Shown here: positions 31,762 through 32,000 of the stretch, one piece after another | Numbering within the stretch: position 1 is the first letter of the stretch | Layout: each line of letters begins with the position of its first letter | Assembly: GCF_900142165.1 (NCBI RefSeq) | Contig: NZ_FQZY01000039.1 | Location: forward strand, 1-32,000 | Reading direction: 5' to 3' | DNA length: 32,000 nucleotides | Origin: Hespellia stercorisuis DSM 15480 | Lineage (GTDB): Bacteria > Bacillota > Clostridia > Lachnospirales > Lachnospiraceae | The notes under the pieces: model-generated | The model's input: the letters and a program-made list of their open reading frames with translations, nothing else | Database searches by the model: none | Told to the model about the DNA's origin: nothing | Position numbers and translations under genes: made by a program

Positions 31762-32000
31762 ATGCCAAAATCTTACAATCAGAAGATTAAGATCTTGTAT
31801 CTTATGAAGATGTTCTCTGAGGAGACGGACGAGAAGCATTCGCTCACCAGGAATGACCTGGAGGAGCGGCTGGCTGAGTATGGTGTGAGTACAGAACGCA
31901 AGAGTCTGTACAACGACATTGATACGCTGAAGTTATTCGGAATGGACATTGAATATCGCAAGGAACGGCCTGCGGGTTATTATCTGGCAAGTCATGATTT
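31762..32000 (+). CDS. 5' part of an HTH/WYL-domain-type transcriptional regulator (truncated by the window end)
   Basis: Hand translation gives MPKSYNQKIKILYLMKMFSEETDEKHSLTRNDLEERLAEYGVSTERKSLYNDIDTLKLFGMDIEYRKERPAGYYLASHD. This matches the characteristic N-terminal winged-HTH of Firmicutes YafY/WYL regulators. RBS GAAGGGGAG (31745-31753). It is absent from the ORF track because no stop codon lies within the window. Confidence 0.65.
   Translation, partial: MPKSYNQKIKILYLMKMFSEETDEKHSLTRNDLEERLAEYGVSTERKSLYNDIDTLKLFGMDIEYRKERPAGYYLASHD

Noticed and set aside
1-32000. Mobile-element boundaries or horizontal transfer of the whole pilus locus
   Set aside because: No integrase, transposase, tRNA target or long terminal repeats are visible in the window. 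The similar units A and B flank only the symporter gene and are too diverged to be insertion-sequence ends.

Overview
This 32-kb window looks like a Gram-positive, Clostridia-type chromosome. That is inferred from gene content, AGGAGG-type ribosome-binding sites (RBS) and a pilus locus with no secretin. All calls rest on by-eye motif recognition in the supplied translations and hand inspection of the DNA. No similarity search, HMM scan or fold prediction was run.

Positions ~1,290-25,640 form one plus-strand type IV pilus (T4P) locus, preceded by its candidate regulator gene. In order it holds:
- a LytTR-type regulator whose receiver domain lacks the phospho-acceptor Asp (358-1074)
- a small degenerate GHKL-kinase-like remnant (1341-1799)
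- three minor-pilin-like genes
- pilB, pilT and pilC
- two pilin genes
- pilD, pilM, pilN and pilO
- one uninterrupted 13,353-nt ORF (12116-25468; 4,450 aa; ~42% of the window)

The main finding is that giant ORF. Its N-terminus is a textbook prepilin (class III) signal, AG|YTLSELLIVVGILAVLAA. The rest is six tandem GLUG-motif/beta-helix adhesin-like modules and an acidic tail. It may be a ~0.5-MDa 'mega-pilin' displayed or hoisted by a retractile Gram-positive pilus. I cannot establish novelty without database searches.

Downstream features:
- a strong terminator (25591-25636)
- an orphan 276-278 aa pilin gene with its own promoter
- a SulP/STAS transporter with an unusual C-terminal extension
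- a convergent AGCS (Na+/alanine-glycine) symporter on the minus strand
- two paralogous promoter-to-terminator non-coding units flanking the symporter
- a phased 10-bp repeat array
- a perfect 60-bp palindrome
- the 5' end of a WYL/HTH-type regulator at the window edge

Other points worth a second look are a G9 tract in the translation-initiation region of the LytTR gene, tandem-repeat intergenic spacers in front of pilB (5 x 15 bp) and pilT (3 x 21 bp), and a low-GC mosaic segment inside the giant gene. No rRNA, tRNA, CRISPR array, transposase or integrase was seen.
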